A DNA stretch of 64,000 bases from Candidatus Tayloriibacteriota bacterium. GTDB lineage: Bacteria; Patescibacteriota; Minisyncoccia; Phycocordibacterales; HO2-43-120. The DNA lies in contig JBDTMN010000005.1 in assembly GCA_039934295.1 (NCBI GenBank), positions 921-64,920 on the forward strand, in the 5' to 3' direction. The position numbers were made by a program, and so were the translations under genes. Positions within the stretch are counted from its first letter, which is position 1, and each line of letters opens with the position of its first letter. This document shows, piece by piece, positions 20,358-30,518 of the stretch. The notes under the pieces are model-generated. The model saw nothing but the letters and a program-made list of their open reading frames with translations, was not told the origin of the DNA and searched no databases.

Positions 20358-22964
20358 CTAGATATCCGACAAGATAAACGTCCTCGTTATCGGTCCGAAG
20401 AATCCTACGGGAGGCGTGATGCCATGAGCTAACTGGAACTTGGAGAGAGCGGAGCGGGTAAGAGCTCCGAAGTAGGTGGTCTCATTGCCTGGAGAACCAA
20501 AGCCCGAAAGAGCAAGAGTGAATCCTTTGGAATTTAAGTATTGCTGAAGGAGTTTTACATCGCTTCCCACTGATCCCGAACCAAGATTACGGGTGAAGGA
20601 AAGCGGGGTGAGAACAGGCGGGAGTCCTATTCCCGGAGTAATTTCCACAACTGGAGCGATTCCCGACGTATTTGGACTACACATGTATCCTGAAGGATTC
20701 TCCGGAAACGGAATCAGGGTATATCCTTCGGCGCAGACTGGAAGAGCAGATGATGGTGAAGGTAATTGAGAAATGAAGTTCGCACTGCGACCGCCACTTG
20801 AGCTTCTCCTTCTTGAGGGGGTGGGAGTGGGGGAAGGTTCTTCTGTAGGACAAGCAGTTGTAGAAAATGAGATGATAGAGCCATAAGCGGTGGCTACAGG
20901 ATTTGTAGCATAAGCTCTCACGAAATATTCTGTATCACAGGTGAGGCCGGTCATGGTGCTAGTCCAGGGGCCACCGATGGCGAAACCATCTGTGGTTTTA
21001 GTGGAAAGAGCAGTGGTGGGATTTATTACTGTATCCCAGACGAGACCACTAACTGTCACTGTTGCTCCACCATTTGAAGATATAGTACCGCCACCAACTG
21101 CAGTGGTTTGAGTGATGGAAGTGACTGGGATTGTAGTGGTTACAGTGGGGACAACCACGCTACTAACCGTAACTGTAATTGGTGAAGATGTTGTGGTATT
21201 TCCAACATTGTCTCTTGCAACTGCAGTCAAAACATGGTCTCCGTCTGAAACAGAAGTCGCGTCCCAAATGATTCCATATGTAGAAGTAGTGTCTTCTATA
21301 TCCAGATTTATACTATCTAGCTTGAATTGAACACCCACAACACCAAAATCATCAGAAGCATCGGCCGTAATGGAGACAGATGCACCAGAAACAACTGCTA
21401 GATCAAGTGGAGCTGTGATTGAAATACTCGGCGCCGTTGTATCAATCACAATCGCCTTGTTGGCGGCTAAGTTGGTAGCTGGAATGAAGCTCGACATTGC
21501 ATTACCAGAGAGGTCGGCAATAGTGCCAGAGATTGAGTTGGTGTCTAAGTCGAGAGATGTGTCTCCAGCTTGTACGGTGTAATTACAAGTGCCGGTAGTA
21601 GAACCAGAGACCGTGAAGGTACATGTCCGGTCAGTGGCGCCAGTTTCGAGAGTGACTGTGACGCTACCAGTGGAAGTAACCGTCTCGGAGAAAGTGACGT
21701 CAATATCGATCACCTCTCCTGTCTTGTAGGTACCGTTTGCTTTGTCAGAGGAAACGTTGGTGATGGTGGGAATAGTTGGATCAATGGTTGAAACTGAAGC
21801 TTTGTTAGGGCCGTTTGCGGCATCCCAATATCCTAAATATGGATTATTATTTGAATCTAAATCTAAAGATGTGAAAGTACCTATAGATGATGTAAAACCG
21901 GCACTACCCACAGCTTCCCAAGATGAACCGTTATATTTCATGACAGTTGTCCTTAAACCATTTGCTCCATCGGAAAATCCTACATAAGGTACATCTAAAG
22001 AATCGAAGGCGAGAGATGGCCACTCTGATCCAGTGGCTCCTCCATTAAAACCAGCGCTACCAACGTTACTCCACGAACCACTGGTAAATTTCATGACAGT
22101 AATTCTATTGCTGGTTCCAACATCTTTATATGCTACATATGGAATGTTAGTGGAATCTAACTTGATTGAAGTGCTAAATACCTGTCCAGCCGAAAATGCA
22201 GGACTACCTACGACTACCCAAGATGAGCCATTATATTTCATGACTGTAGCTTTATTACCCCTGCCTGAAAAATGGTCACTGAAGGCAACATACGGTACAC
22301 CAGTAGAATCAAGAGCAAGAGAAACTTGGTCACCTTGCCCATCTGAAAAACCATTTCCAGATGAAGCACCTACTGTGGACCAGGAAGTACCATTAAATTT
22401 CTCAAGGGCAACCTTACCGCCGTCTGGAAAATAATCCATATGCGCTACATATATATTATTTGAAGAATCAATGGCAATAGAGGGGTAGTCCGCTTGTTGG
22501 CTGGTGGCAGCCACAGAGCCCACAGTTACCCACGATGAACCGTCAAATTTTTTAACCACAGCTTTATAGCTATTTCCACCAGTTCCGCCATCTTGCATTG
22601 CAACGTATGGGTTACCGCTAGAATCAAATGCCATAGTAGGAGTATATGAATCATTTCCTGAAATCCCAGTGCTACCCGAAGGCAGGGTTACCCAAGATGA
22701 ACCATTATATTTCAAAACCATTATTTTATTACTATTTCCGCTATCCCTATATGCAACATAAGGAGTATTAGTAGAGTTTAAAACAAGGTTAAGATAACTG
22801 GGTGTACCAGCTGAGAAGCCGAGACTCCCCACATTTGTCCATCCTATCGCTAGAACGTTCTGAACGTTTTGAACGTAGACCCCCGCAACTACCAAAAAAG
22901 CAAATGTCGGAAACAAAACAAAACTGTACCTGCGTTTTTTTAGCATATTTCGCATTTTGGACAC
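20358..22964 (-). CDS. Surface protein: propeller-like repeats, Ig-like domains, FN3-like domain, C-terminal peptidoglycan-binding domain
   Basis: Same propeller repeat; FTRNLGSGSVGSDVKLLQQYLN...YFGALTRSALSKFQ...GFFGPITR; start GTG 22964 or ATG 22955. Confidence 0.82.
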   Translation of the reverse strand: MSKMRNMLKKRRYSFVLFPTFAFLVVAGVYVQNVQNVLAIGWTNVGSLGFSAGTPSYLNLVLNSTNTPYVAYRDSGNSNKIMVLKYNGSSWVTLPSGSTGISGNDSYTPTMAFDSSGNPYVAMQDGGTGGNSYKAVVKKFDGSSWVTVGSVAATSQQADYPSIAIDSSNNIYVAHMDYFPDGGKVALEKFNGTSWSTVGASSGNGFSDGQGDQVSLALDSTGVPYVAFSDHFSGRGNKATVMKYNGSSWVVVGSPAFSAGQVFSTSIKLDSTNIPYVAYKDVGTSNRITVMKFTSGSWSNVGSAGFNGGATGSEWPSLAFDSLDVPYVGFSDGANGLRTTVMKYNGSSWEAVGSAGFTSSIGTFTSLDLDSNNNPYLGYWDAANGPNKASVSTIDPTIPTITNVSSDKANGTYKTGEVIDIDVTFSETVTSTGSVTVTLETGATDRTCTFTVSGSTTGTCNYTVQAGDTSLDLDTNSISGTIADLSGNAMSSFIPATNLAANKAIVIDTTAPSISITAPLDLAVVSGASVSITADASDDFGVVGVQFKLDSINLDIEDTTSTYGIIWDATSVSDGDHVLTAVARDNVGNTTTSSPITVTVSSVVVPTVTTTIPVTSITQTTAVGGGTISSNGGATVTVSGLVWDTVINPTTALSTKTTDGFAIGGPWTSTMTGLTCDTEYFVRAYATNPVATAYGSIISFSTTACPTEEPSPTPTPSRRRSSSGGRSANFISQLPSPSSALPVCAEGYTLIPFPENPSGYMCSPNTSGIAPVVEITPGIGLPPVLTPLSFTRNLGSGSVGSDVKLLQQYLNSKGFTLALSGFGSPGNETTYFGALTRSALSKFQLAHGITPPVGFFGPITRTFILSDI

Positions 22965-23186
22965 AAAACAATTCATGGTAACTACCTGTATTATTGCCAT
23001 AGAATACCACAAGCTAGCAACTCACGCACACTACTCTAATAAAGTTTGGCCTCGCCTAATACCCCGCCGAGGTACTCCAAGGGGACAGCTTGCTCTCGGG
23101 ATAGGACGAGACAAACCTTTATTTCGCAGTTGTATTTGCAATGAGTAGTCTGGTATTATATAAATCTATAAGCTATTTAAAATGCC

Positions 23187-23528
23187 ATGGAAACACAATC
23201 ATATTCACAATCAGAAGTTCCGGAATTATCACTTGAAGCATTTCAGCAAGAGATTGCAAAAATGAAAGAGGAAGAAGAGAAAGGAAAAAAAACGGGGAAA
23301 CCGTCCCACTTTGCGAATGGCCCAGAAGGGGAAGAAATGAAAGCTTCAGAACTTACTTCCGCAGATCTAGCAATGTGGCAAAGGATAAAAGAGTTTCCAA
23401 AGCAAGGAATCATCACTCAAGATGATTTCAAAACCTATAGCGAAGAAGCTATGAAAGATGGAAATTTTTCACGGGGACGATTTGTCGGTTTTCTTGCAAA
23501 TCAAGTTCAGAAAATTTGGTTCGAGTAG
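23187..23528 (+). CDS. Hypothetical charged helical protein
   Basis: 113 aa ATG ORF with AT-rich upstream region; no recognisable family. Confidence 0.7.
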   Translation: METQSYSQSEVPELSLEAFQQEIAKMKEEEEKGKKTGKPSHFANGPEGEEMKASELTSADLAMWQRIKEFPKQGIITQDDFKTYSEEAMKDGNFSRGRFVGFLANQVQKIWFE

Positions 23529-23655
23529 TAAAATAAAAAATCGAATCACTCCTCTTCCGCAATTCACTGTGGTAAAAAAGATTGCTTTCTTTTTTAAAGC
23601 TACATAGTAATGATTCGCTTTATATACTATATATCCATTTACTATATTAAAAGCC

Positions 23656-23742
23656 ATGGAAACACAAACATATTCACAATCAGAAGTTCCGGAATTATCA
23701 CTTGAAGCATTTCAGAAAGAGATTGCCGTCGGAATGATTTGA
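23656..23742 (+). pseudogene. Truncated duplicate of the 5' end of 23187-23528
   Basis: 74 bp direct repeat (23184-23257 vs 23653-23726, 2 mismatches); stops after 28 codons. Confidence 0.75.
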
Positions 23743-23789
23743 AAGTGCAGCCAAGAGGTCTCTCTCAAATCCAAAAATAAAAACTTTTT

Positions 23790-24707
23790 ATGAACTCATA
23801 CAAAACTGGTCCATGGCTGGTCGCGCTTGCGGCATTTTTGTGGGCAATTGACGCGCCGTTTCGCAAATATGTAACCGGAGACCTCTCCTCGACGACGATC
23901 GTTTTCATGGAGCATCTTTTGATAGCTCTTCTGGTTCTTCCGATTTTTTTCAGAAGATTTTCGGAGTTAAAAAAAATATCTCCCCTTGAATGGCTCGCGA
24001 TACTGGGAATTGCCCTCGGGGGTTCAGCTTTGGCCACCGTCTTTTTTACGGAGAGTTTCAGCTACGTGAATCCTTCGGTTGCGATACTGCTTCAGAAAAT
24101 TCAGCCCTTCGTCGCGATTCTTTTGGCTACCATTCTTCTCAAAGAGAAGCTGACTAAAAAATTCTGGCTTTTTGCGGTTCTCGGAATCTATGGGGCTTAC
24201 CTTGTGTCGTTTCCCTCGCTTAACCCCGGCGCAATCGAAGTGCGAGCGATGACCGGAGTTCTTCTCGCCCTTGCCGCCGCCGTGCTTTGGGCGGCGGGGA
24301 CAGTCTTCGGTAGATTTGCGTTGCGAAGAGTAGCGTTTCAAACCCTGACCGCACTGCGATTTTTGGGCGCGCTTGTATTTCTCTTTTTCATTGAAATATA
24401 TTTCCACAGGCTCCCCGAAGTCACTCTCGCTTCACGAACCGACTGGCTTTTCATATTTATAATCGCAATTATCGCCGGCTTTTTATCTCTCTTCATTTAT
24501 TACAAGGGGCTTCTCACCACTAAAGCGAGCGTCGCAACGATAATGGAGCTTATTTTCCCCGTCTCTGCCGTCGTAATAAACTGGATTTTCCTCGGCTCCA
24601 CGCTCGTGTTCGGTCAAATTGTGGGAGGAGTCATCCTGCTATGCGCCGTTGCTGGGCTTTCGCTCGTAAATAGCCAAACAGAATCACCGACTCCCCCGAC
24701 CCAGTAA
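23790..24707 (+). CDS. EamA/DMT family transporter
   Basis: Two EamA repeats, about 10 TM helices, ILLKEKL. Confidence 0.9.
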   Translation: MNSYKTGPWLVALAAFLWAIDAPFRKYVTGDLSSTTIVFMEHLLIALLVLPIFFRRFSELKKISPLEWLAILGIALGGSALATVFFTESFSYVNPSVAILLQKIQPFVAILLATILLKEKLTKKFWLFAVLGIYGAYLVSFPSLNPGAIEVRAMTGVLLALAAAVLWAAGTVFGRFALRRVAFQTLTALRFLGALVFLFFIEIYFHRLPEVTLASRTDWLFIFIIAIIAGFLSLFIYYKGLLTTKASVATIMELIFPVSAVVINWIFLGSTLVFGQIVGGVILLCAVAGLSLVNSQTESPTPPTQ

Positions 24708-24844
24708 AATCTTATTTCTTATTAAAAAAACTCTCAAAACTCTCAAAAAGTGCCCGATTCTATTCTAGTATTTTGCAAAATACTAGAATAGAATCGGGCG
24801 GGAATATTTTCTACCCGACTCACATTATAGCCCTGAAGCAAAAG

Positions 24845-26263
24845 ATGCGTAACCTAAAAGAGCATGCTCAAATTATCGCTTTGTCGATTGGAAGCATCAT
24901 CTCCCATTTTATTTTTTTCAGCTATCCCAGTGAGACTGTGTTCGACGAAGTGCATTTCGGCAAATTCATCTCGGGATATTTTTCCCATCAGTACTTTTTT
25001 GACATCCATCCTCCGCTCGCAAAACTCTTTATCACTGGCGTCGGCCTCTTAGGAGGGTATAAGCCGGAGATAGATTTTAGCGTAATCGGAGAAAGTTTTA
25101 CGAGTACTGATTTTATCTGGCTTCGCCTCCTTCCCACCCTTGCTGGCGCGATTCTTCCGCTCGTCATCTACTATCTCTCTCGCGCACTCAATTTTTCTAA
25201 GACGGCATCATTTGCCGCTGGCGCACTAATTATTTTCGAAAATTCCCTTTTGGTTCAGTCACGATTCATCCTTTTAGACAGCTTGCTTCTGCTTTTCGGA
25301 TTTGGGAGCCTCCTTTTCTATTTTCTTTACCGAAAAAAAGAAGGAACTGGAGTCGTCCCATATCTTTTTTTGGGCGCAATCGTATTTTCTTCTTTTGCAT
25401 TCAGCATTAAATGGACAGGGCTCTCTTTCCTCGCCCTAATAGTCGCTCTCGAATGCGCGCGTCTTTTCCATGCGAAATCATCCCTCAAAAAATGGCTTCT
25501 CACGTTAGGGAGCGTCTTCGGCCTCGCGTTCGTCATTTATTTCTCTACTTTCGCCGTTCATTTCGCACTTCTTTCAAAAAACGGCCCGGGAAAAGACTTC
25601 ATGTCCCCCGAGTTCCAGAAAACACTTGAGGGCAACAGCTATCAAAATGACGAAACTATTCACGCGCTTCCCATGTCTAAAAAATTTGTTGAATTAAACC
25701 TCGAAATGTATCGCGCAAACAAAAGATTGGACGCGACCCATCCTTACGGAAGCGCTTGGTACACATGGCCCTTCATGGAGCGACCAATATACTTCTGGAA
25801 GCATGAACAAATTGAGGCGCCAGCTGGAGCGCAAGACGGGCAAAGCAAAGTTGCCAACATTTATTCTCTCGGCAATCCCTTCATCTACTGGCTCGGAAGC
25901 GCGTCAGTTCTTTTCCTCTTGCTCAATTTTCTTTCGCAGGCAGTTTCGAAAAATAAGGATTTCAGGAAAAAGAGCGCGCTTGCGGTATTTCTTCTTTCGG
26001 GATTTTTCTTGAATTTTCTGCCTTTTATTTTTATAGGCCGAGTGATGTTCCTCTACCACTACTGTGTCGCCCTCATATTTTCTATTCTCATCCTCTGCTT
26101 TCTTCTGGATGGGATACAATTGGAAAAGAAGAAAAAAGCTTATGCTTTCGCACTGATTTTGATTTCTCTCTCCTTGTTCTTGTATTTCAGCCCCCTTACG
26201 TATGGAATCCCATTAAGAGAGAGTGCGGAGAATGCCCGATTTTGGTTTAAAAGCTGGCGGTAA
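24845..26263 (+). CDS. Protein O-mannosyltransferase family (PMT, GT39)
   Basis: VFDEVHFGKF, FFDIHPPLAK, QSRFILLD, KWTG, HPYGS.W..WP, FLYHY; likely start MRNLKE. Confidence 0.88.
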   Translation: MRNLKEHAQIIALSIGSIISHFIFFSYPSETVFDEVHFGKFISGYFSHQYFFDIHPPLAKLFITGVGLLGGYKPEIDFSVIGESFTSTDFIWLRLLPTLAGAILPLVIYYLSRALNFSKTASFAAGALIIFENSLLVQSRFILLDSLLLLFGFGSLLFYFLYRKKEGTGVVPYLFLGAIVFSSFAFSIKWTGLSFLALIVALECARLFHAKSSLKKWLLTLGSVFGLAFVIYFSTFAVHFALLSKNGPGKDFMSPEFQKTLEGNSYQNDETIHALPMSKKFVELNLEMYRANKRLDATHPYGSAWYTWPFMERPIYFWKHEQIEAPAGAQDGQSKVANIYSLGNPFIYWLGSASVLFLLLNFLSQAVSKNKDFRKKSALAVFLLSGFFLNFLPFIFIGRVMFLYHYCVALIFSILILCFLLDGIQLEKKKKAYAFALILISLSLFLYFSPLTYGIPLRESAENARFWFKSWR

Positions 26264-26413
26264 AATATTTCACAGCCTCTCACCGCTCCAGAATCAACTT
26301 TTATTTGCTCCAGCAAATAAAAGTCGGATACGGATAATCTCGAAATAATTGCAATTTGCGACTGAAGTGTATTAAAATAGACTCATTAGCAGATAGTATT
26401 TAACGTTACATCC

Positions 26414-26881
26414 ATGAATAAAAATTATGTCATCGGCGGGATTGTCGTCATAGTGGTAATCGCGGTTATCGCATTAGCAATGAACAAGGGAAACACAGCC
26501 CTTGCGCCATCAGAAATTTCTCCATCACCAAGCGTAACTGAGAGCGTCACACCCACCCCAACCCCAAATCCGACAGTGAGCACAAACCCGGGAACGAGTA
26601 CGGTGGCAAAGGTCATCGTAATCTATACTAATTCCGGATTCTCTCCAAAAACGGTTACAGTAAAAAAGGGTTCGACAGTGGAATTCGTCAACCAGTCCGA
26701 TGGAGGCATGTCGGTCGCTTCCGACCCACATCCTACTCATGTAATTTATCCCGAATTTGACCAATACAAGACGAGTGCTCGGGGACTAAAGGTGTTTGAT
26801 TTCGTCTTCGACAAAGTCGGCACGTGGGGATACCACAATCATATGCAAGCATCGAACACGGGAACAGTTATAGTTCAATAA
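26414..26881 (+). CDS. Membrane-anchored cupredoxin-like protein
   Basis: GFSPKTVTVKKG.TV.FVN, HP.H, GTWGYHNH. Confidence 0.8.
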   Translation: MNKNYVIGGIVVIVVIAVIALAMNKGNTALAPSEISPSPSVTESVTPTPTPNPTVSTNPGTSTVAKVIVIYTNSGFSPKTVTVKKGSTVEFVNQSDGGMSVASDPHPTHVIYPEFDQYKTSARGLKVFDFVFDKVGTWGYHNHMQASNTGTVIVQ

Positions 26882-26987
26882 ACTACAGAATTCCTATTCT
26901 GTCGTCCCCGCGAAAGCGGGGTCCAGATTAATCTAGATTCCCGCGTCCGCGGGACTGACATTCGGAAATGTCATTTTCAACACAGGC

Positions 26988-27371
26988 ATGCCTACCTCTC
27001 CATCTCAAAAAAATAAAACTGTCTGGCTTCTTATTCGTGTAGCAATCGCGTTCGCTTTCTTCTACCCGGCGATTAAAATCCACATTGACCCAGACTCGTG
27101 GCTTAGCTATTTTCCTCCATTTATTAAGACTGTGGGGATTCCGCAAATTGTTATTCTCTATCTTTTCACCGCAGTCCATCTTGCTATCGGCATTTGGATC
27201 CTCTCCGGTAAACGCATCTTCATCCCCTGCCTCCTCGCAACACTTTTTCTTGCCGGTCTCATCCTTACAAACCTAAGCCAGATGGACATTCTTTTTCGGG
27301 ATGTTTCCCTTCTCCTTATCACTCTCGCTCTGGCGATACAAAGCAAAAACTCATCACCTCAAATTCGGTAA
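26988..27371 (+). CDS. DoxX-like membrane protein
   Basis: LLIRVAIA, 4 TM helices, ILFRDV. Confidence 0.7.
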   Translation: MPTSPSQKNKTVWLLIRVAIAFAFFYPAIKIHIDPDSWLSYFPPFIKTVGIPQIVILYLFTAVHLAIGIWILSGKRIFIPCLLATLFLAGLILTNLSQMDILFRDVSLLLITLALAIQSKNSSPQIR

Positions 27372-27413
27372 AAAAAAGCAATGGGTGTAAATCCATTGCT
27401 CCTGTCAAGAAAC

Positions 27414-27830
27414 TTAATCGCCTCCAGAGAAAGCCGCGAGCACTGCGCTAAAAAAGGAGTAGAATTTTTGCCACGCCCATTTGAGCATTCGCCAGACAAG
27501 CGAGAAGAAGTTCCATCGCTTCATCATCTCCCAATGCGCGAGAGAGAACGCTGCACGTTCGAACAGGTTTATGTTCGAAACGCCGAGGGGCGAATTTAGA
27601 ACACCGCTCACAAACAGACAGAACACGATGGCTCCGGGAAGAGCGGAAAGAATCTGAAAAAAATTCGAGACCAGAGTTCCGGATTGAAAACAGACCATAC
27701 AAAGAATTGCGAAAAGCAAAGCGTACGACCCGAAAAGTACAAAGGCGATGAGCGCATCTACGAGCCACAGGACAATCCGGCTCGGATAGGTTGAGGTCTT
27801 TCTAGGTCTCCTCCTCCAGAATGTTCTCAT
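27414..27830 (-). CDS. Hypothetical membrane protein
   Basis: Basic N-terminus (MRTFWRRR) then 2 TM helices; start uncertain. Confidence 0.5.
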   Translation of the reverse strand: MRTFWRRRPRKTSTYPSRIVLWLVDALIAFVLFGSYALLFAILCMVCFQSGTLVSNFFQILSALPGAIVFCLFVSGVLNSPLGVSNINLFERAAFSLAHWEMMKRWNFFSLVWRMLKWAWQKFYSFFSAVLAAFSGGD

Positions 27831-27950
27831 AATGATGATGGACTGAAGAACGCACCGCTCGATTGCGATGTTGTTTTCCGCTGTATTTATACAATAAAAT
27901 GAAAAAAATATCAATCAGACCCCAGCTTCGGACTCTTATATAATAGCCAG

Positions 27951-30158
27951 ATGCAATTACCGGACCTTTTGGAAAATCACTTTCGCCTTCACGACCTCCA
28001 CCGTGTAGCGCTTAAAAAGCTGGGGTTGAAAACAGTCGAGGACATTCTCTACCACTTCCCTGCTCGATATGGGGATACGTCGGAGATGCGCACCATAGAC
28101 AAACTAGAGAAAGGCGATACCGCGGTGATTTTCGGTAAAATAAAAAACCTGAAAACCGAGAAGGCTTTCCGCAAAAAAATCTCGATGGCGAAAGCAACAA
28201 TAGAGGACGATACCGGAAGTGTGCAGGTCGTCTGGTTCAACCAGCCCTATCTCGCAAAGATGATTGCTCCGGACTCACTCGTCCGAGCGGAAGGGAAAGT
28301 ATCGCAGAAGAAAACTGGAGAGCTGTACCTTTCCAATCCAAAAATCGAAACGGTGACAAAATTGCCCTTCGGAGTTGGAGATTCTTTGTTTGGTGAACCC
28401 TCGGCACACACGCTCTACCCGGTCTATCCCGAATCCCGAGGTATCACCTCAAACTGGTTTTATCACGCCTTGAATCGAATATTCAAGTCGGGAATTCTCG
28501 ACTCTTTAACCGATCCTGTTCCGGAGGCGATTCGGGAAAAATATCATCTTCCTTCTTTGAAAACCGCGCTCATCTGGATTCACGCTCCAAAAAGTAACGA
28601 TGACGCGCTTTCGGCTAGAAAACGTTTCGCTTTCGAGGAAGTCTTTTTCATTCAGCTTGAGAAGCAGAAGCAAAGAATGCTCGCGGGGCGAGAGCCGTCT
28701 TTTGTCATCCCCGTAAAAAATGAAAACATGCACTCATTCTTAAGCCGTTTCCCTTTCGCTCCCACTCACGCTCAAGAGCAGGCGATTGAAACTATTCTTG
28801 CTGATTTCAAAGCGGGACACCCAATGTCTCGGCTTCTTGAGGGAGACGTGGGTTCTGGAAAAACGTTGGTCGCGGCCGCCTCCGCCTATGCCACGGTCAC
28901 CACGAAGCCCAACAACCAATCTTTCGGCAATCTTCAAGTGGCGTACATGTGCCCGACGGAAATTCTCGCCGGACAGCATTTTGATTCTTTCATTCAATAT
29001 TTTAAACACCCGCCCGAACGTGCCAAAGACGACAGTTCGGTACGGGCGGGCCTCCCAATTAACATCGGACTCATCACTTCCTCCGGTTGCAAAAAATTCC
29101 CGTCAAAGGTCGACCCCTCCGGCGCGACTGAAATTTCGAGAAGCCAGCTTTTGAAATGGCTCGCAAACGGAGAAATCCCCATTCTCATTGGCACACACTC
29201 CCTCATCCAAAAAGCAGTCAAGTTCAAGCATCTTGCCTTAATAATTATTGACGAGCAACACCGCTTTGGAGTAAACCAGCGCAAGGCACTTGTGCATGGA
29301 AAAAATGGGGTGTCGGTGCCACATCTCTTGTCAATGACGGCAACGCCGATTCCCCGAACTCTCGCTCTCACGATTTATGGCGACCTCGATCTCAGTCTAC
29401 TTGACCAAATGCCTTTAGGAAGAAAACCCATCATCACGGAAGTTGTTCTCCCGACGACCCGAGAAAAAATGAACGAAAAAATCCGCCAAGAGCTTGAAGC
29501 AGGGAGGCAGGCATATGTAATCTGTCCCCGCATTGATGAACCAGATCCTGAGAAAACGCTTGCGGTACAGGCAAAATCGGTAAAGGAAGAAGCAAATCGA
29601 CTAAAGAAAACGGTCTTCCAGGAATATTCCATTGGAGTGCTCCATGGAAAAATGAAGCCGTCCCTAAAAGAAAAAGTGATGAAAGATTTTAAAGCTGGAA
29701 AAATCCATATTCTCTGCGCCACCTCCGTCGTCGAAGTGGGAGTAAATGTCGAGAACGCGACGGTCATCGTGATTGAGGGCGCGGAGCGATTCGGCCTCGC
29801 CCAGCTTCATCAGCTTCGCGGACGAGTCATCCGAAGCAACCATCAAGCTTACTGTTTTGTGTACGCTGAAACGGCTTCGAAAAAGACATTCAACCGGTTG
29901 AACGCCCTTACCACATCAAAAAACGGCTTTGAGCTCGCCGAATTTGACTTGCAAGCGAGGGGACCCGGCGAGCTCTATGGGGGCCATCAATGGGGCATTT
30001 CCGACGTCGCCATGGAAGCCCTCAAAAATTTGAAAATGGTGGAAGCCGCTCGCGCCGAAGCAAGAGCACTTCTCGAAAAAGATTTTGAACTCCAAAAATA
30101 CCCCGAAGTAAAAAAGCACCTAGATGTTCGAAATTCGGACAAAATTCACTTTGAATAG
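27951..30158 (+). CDS. recG: ATP-dependent DNA helicase RecG
   Basis: OB wedge, RLLEGDVGSGKT, DEQHRFG, MTATPIPRT, QLHQLRGRV, RGPGE. Confidence 0.96.
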   Translation: MQLPDLLENHFRLHDLHRVALKKLGLKTVEDILYHFPARYGDTSEMRTIDKLEKGDTAVIFGKIKNLKTEKAFRKKISMAKATIEDDTGSVQVVWFNQPYLAKMIAPDSLVRAEGKVSQKKTGELYLSNPKIETVTKLPFGVGDSLFGEPSAHTLYPVYPESRGITSNWFYHALNRIFKSGILDSLTDPVPEAIREKYHLPSLKTALIWIHAPKSNDDALSARKRFAFEEVFFIQLEKQKQRMLAGREPSFVIPVKNENMHSFLSRFPFAPTHAQEQAIETILADFKAGHPMSRLLEGDVGSGKTLVAAASAYATVTTKPNNQSFGNLQVAYMCPTEILAGQHFDSFIQYFKHPPERAKDDSSVRAGLPINIGLITSSGCKKFPSKVDPSGATEISRSQLLKWLANGEIPILIGTHSLIQKAVKFKHLALIIIDEQHRFGVNQRKALVHGKNGVSVPHLLSMTATPIPRTLALTIYGDLDLSLLDQMPLGRKPIITEVVLPTTREKMNEKIRQELEAGRQAYVICPRIDEPDPEKTLAVQAKSVKEEANRLKKTVFQEYSIGVLHGKMKPSLKEKVMKDFKAGKIHILCATSVVEVGVNVENATVIVIEGAERFGLAQLHQLRGRVIRSNHQAYCFVYAETASKKTFNRLNALTTSKNGFELAEFDLQARGPGELYGGHQWGISDVAMEALKNLKMVEAARAEARALLEKDFELQKYPEVKKHLDVRNSDKIHFE

Positions 30159-30225
30159 ACAGCGCTTGCTTGTTGATTTGTATTCTTTCGACAGAAGGTC
30201 GATTTTAGTGAAAACATATTTTAGA

Positions 30226-30341
30226 GGTGCGCGCGGAGGGACTCGGCCACCACGTAGCCAGGTACTTTTCAATCTCGCAGACTCGATAATGAAAAGTCTT
30301 TCGAGTCCCTCACAGAAGCCAAGCAGTTGGCTTCTTCTTGC
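30226..30341 (-). repeat. Structured element regenerating the tRNA-Ile 3' end
   Basis: 30226-30245 repeats 30342-30361 (20 bp); inverted T-arm copy at 30300-30311. Confidence 0.85.
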
Positions 30342-30343
30342 GG

Positions 30344-30416
30344 TGCGCGCGGAGGGACTCGAACCCCCGACCGATCGAGTATAAGTCGACTGCTCTACCA
30401 ACTGAGCTACGCGCGC
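30344..30416 (-). tRNA. tRNA-Ile(TAT)
   Basis: GCGCGCG acceptor, AGCTCAGTTGGTAGAGC D arm, GTCGA-CTTATAC-TCGAT anticodon arm, GGTTCGAGTCC T arm, discriminator A. Confidence 0.88.
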
Positions 30417-30518
30417 TGTAAAATCATACCTTATATCCTATGACTTACAAAGTTTTTGAAAACTCTGCTCCGTAAGGGGCAGAGTTTCTGAATTCTTCTC
30501 GCGCTTTATTTTTTAGTT

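Noticed and set aside
23184-23726. Diversity-generating retroelement TR/VR pair
   Set aside because: Only two mismatches, repeat is N-terminal, and no reverse transcriptase in the window
9327-23750. Intact prophage or ICE at tRNA-Ser
   Set aside because: No integrase, structural or conjugation genes; no distal att copy found
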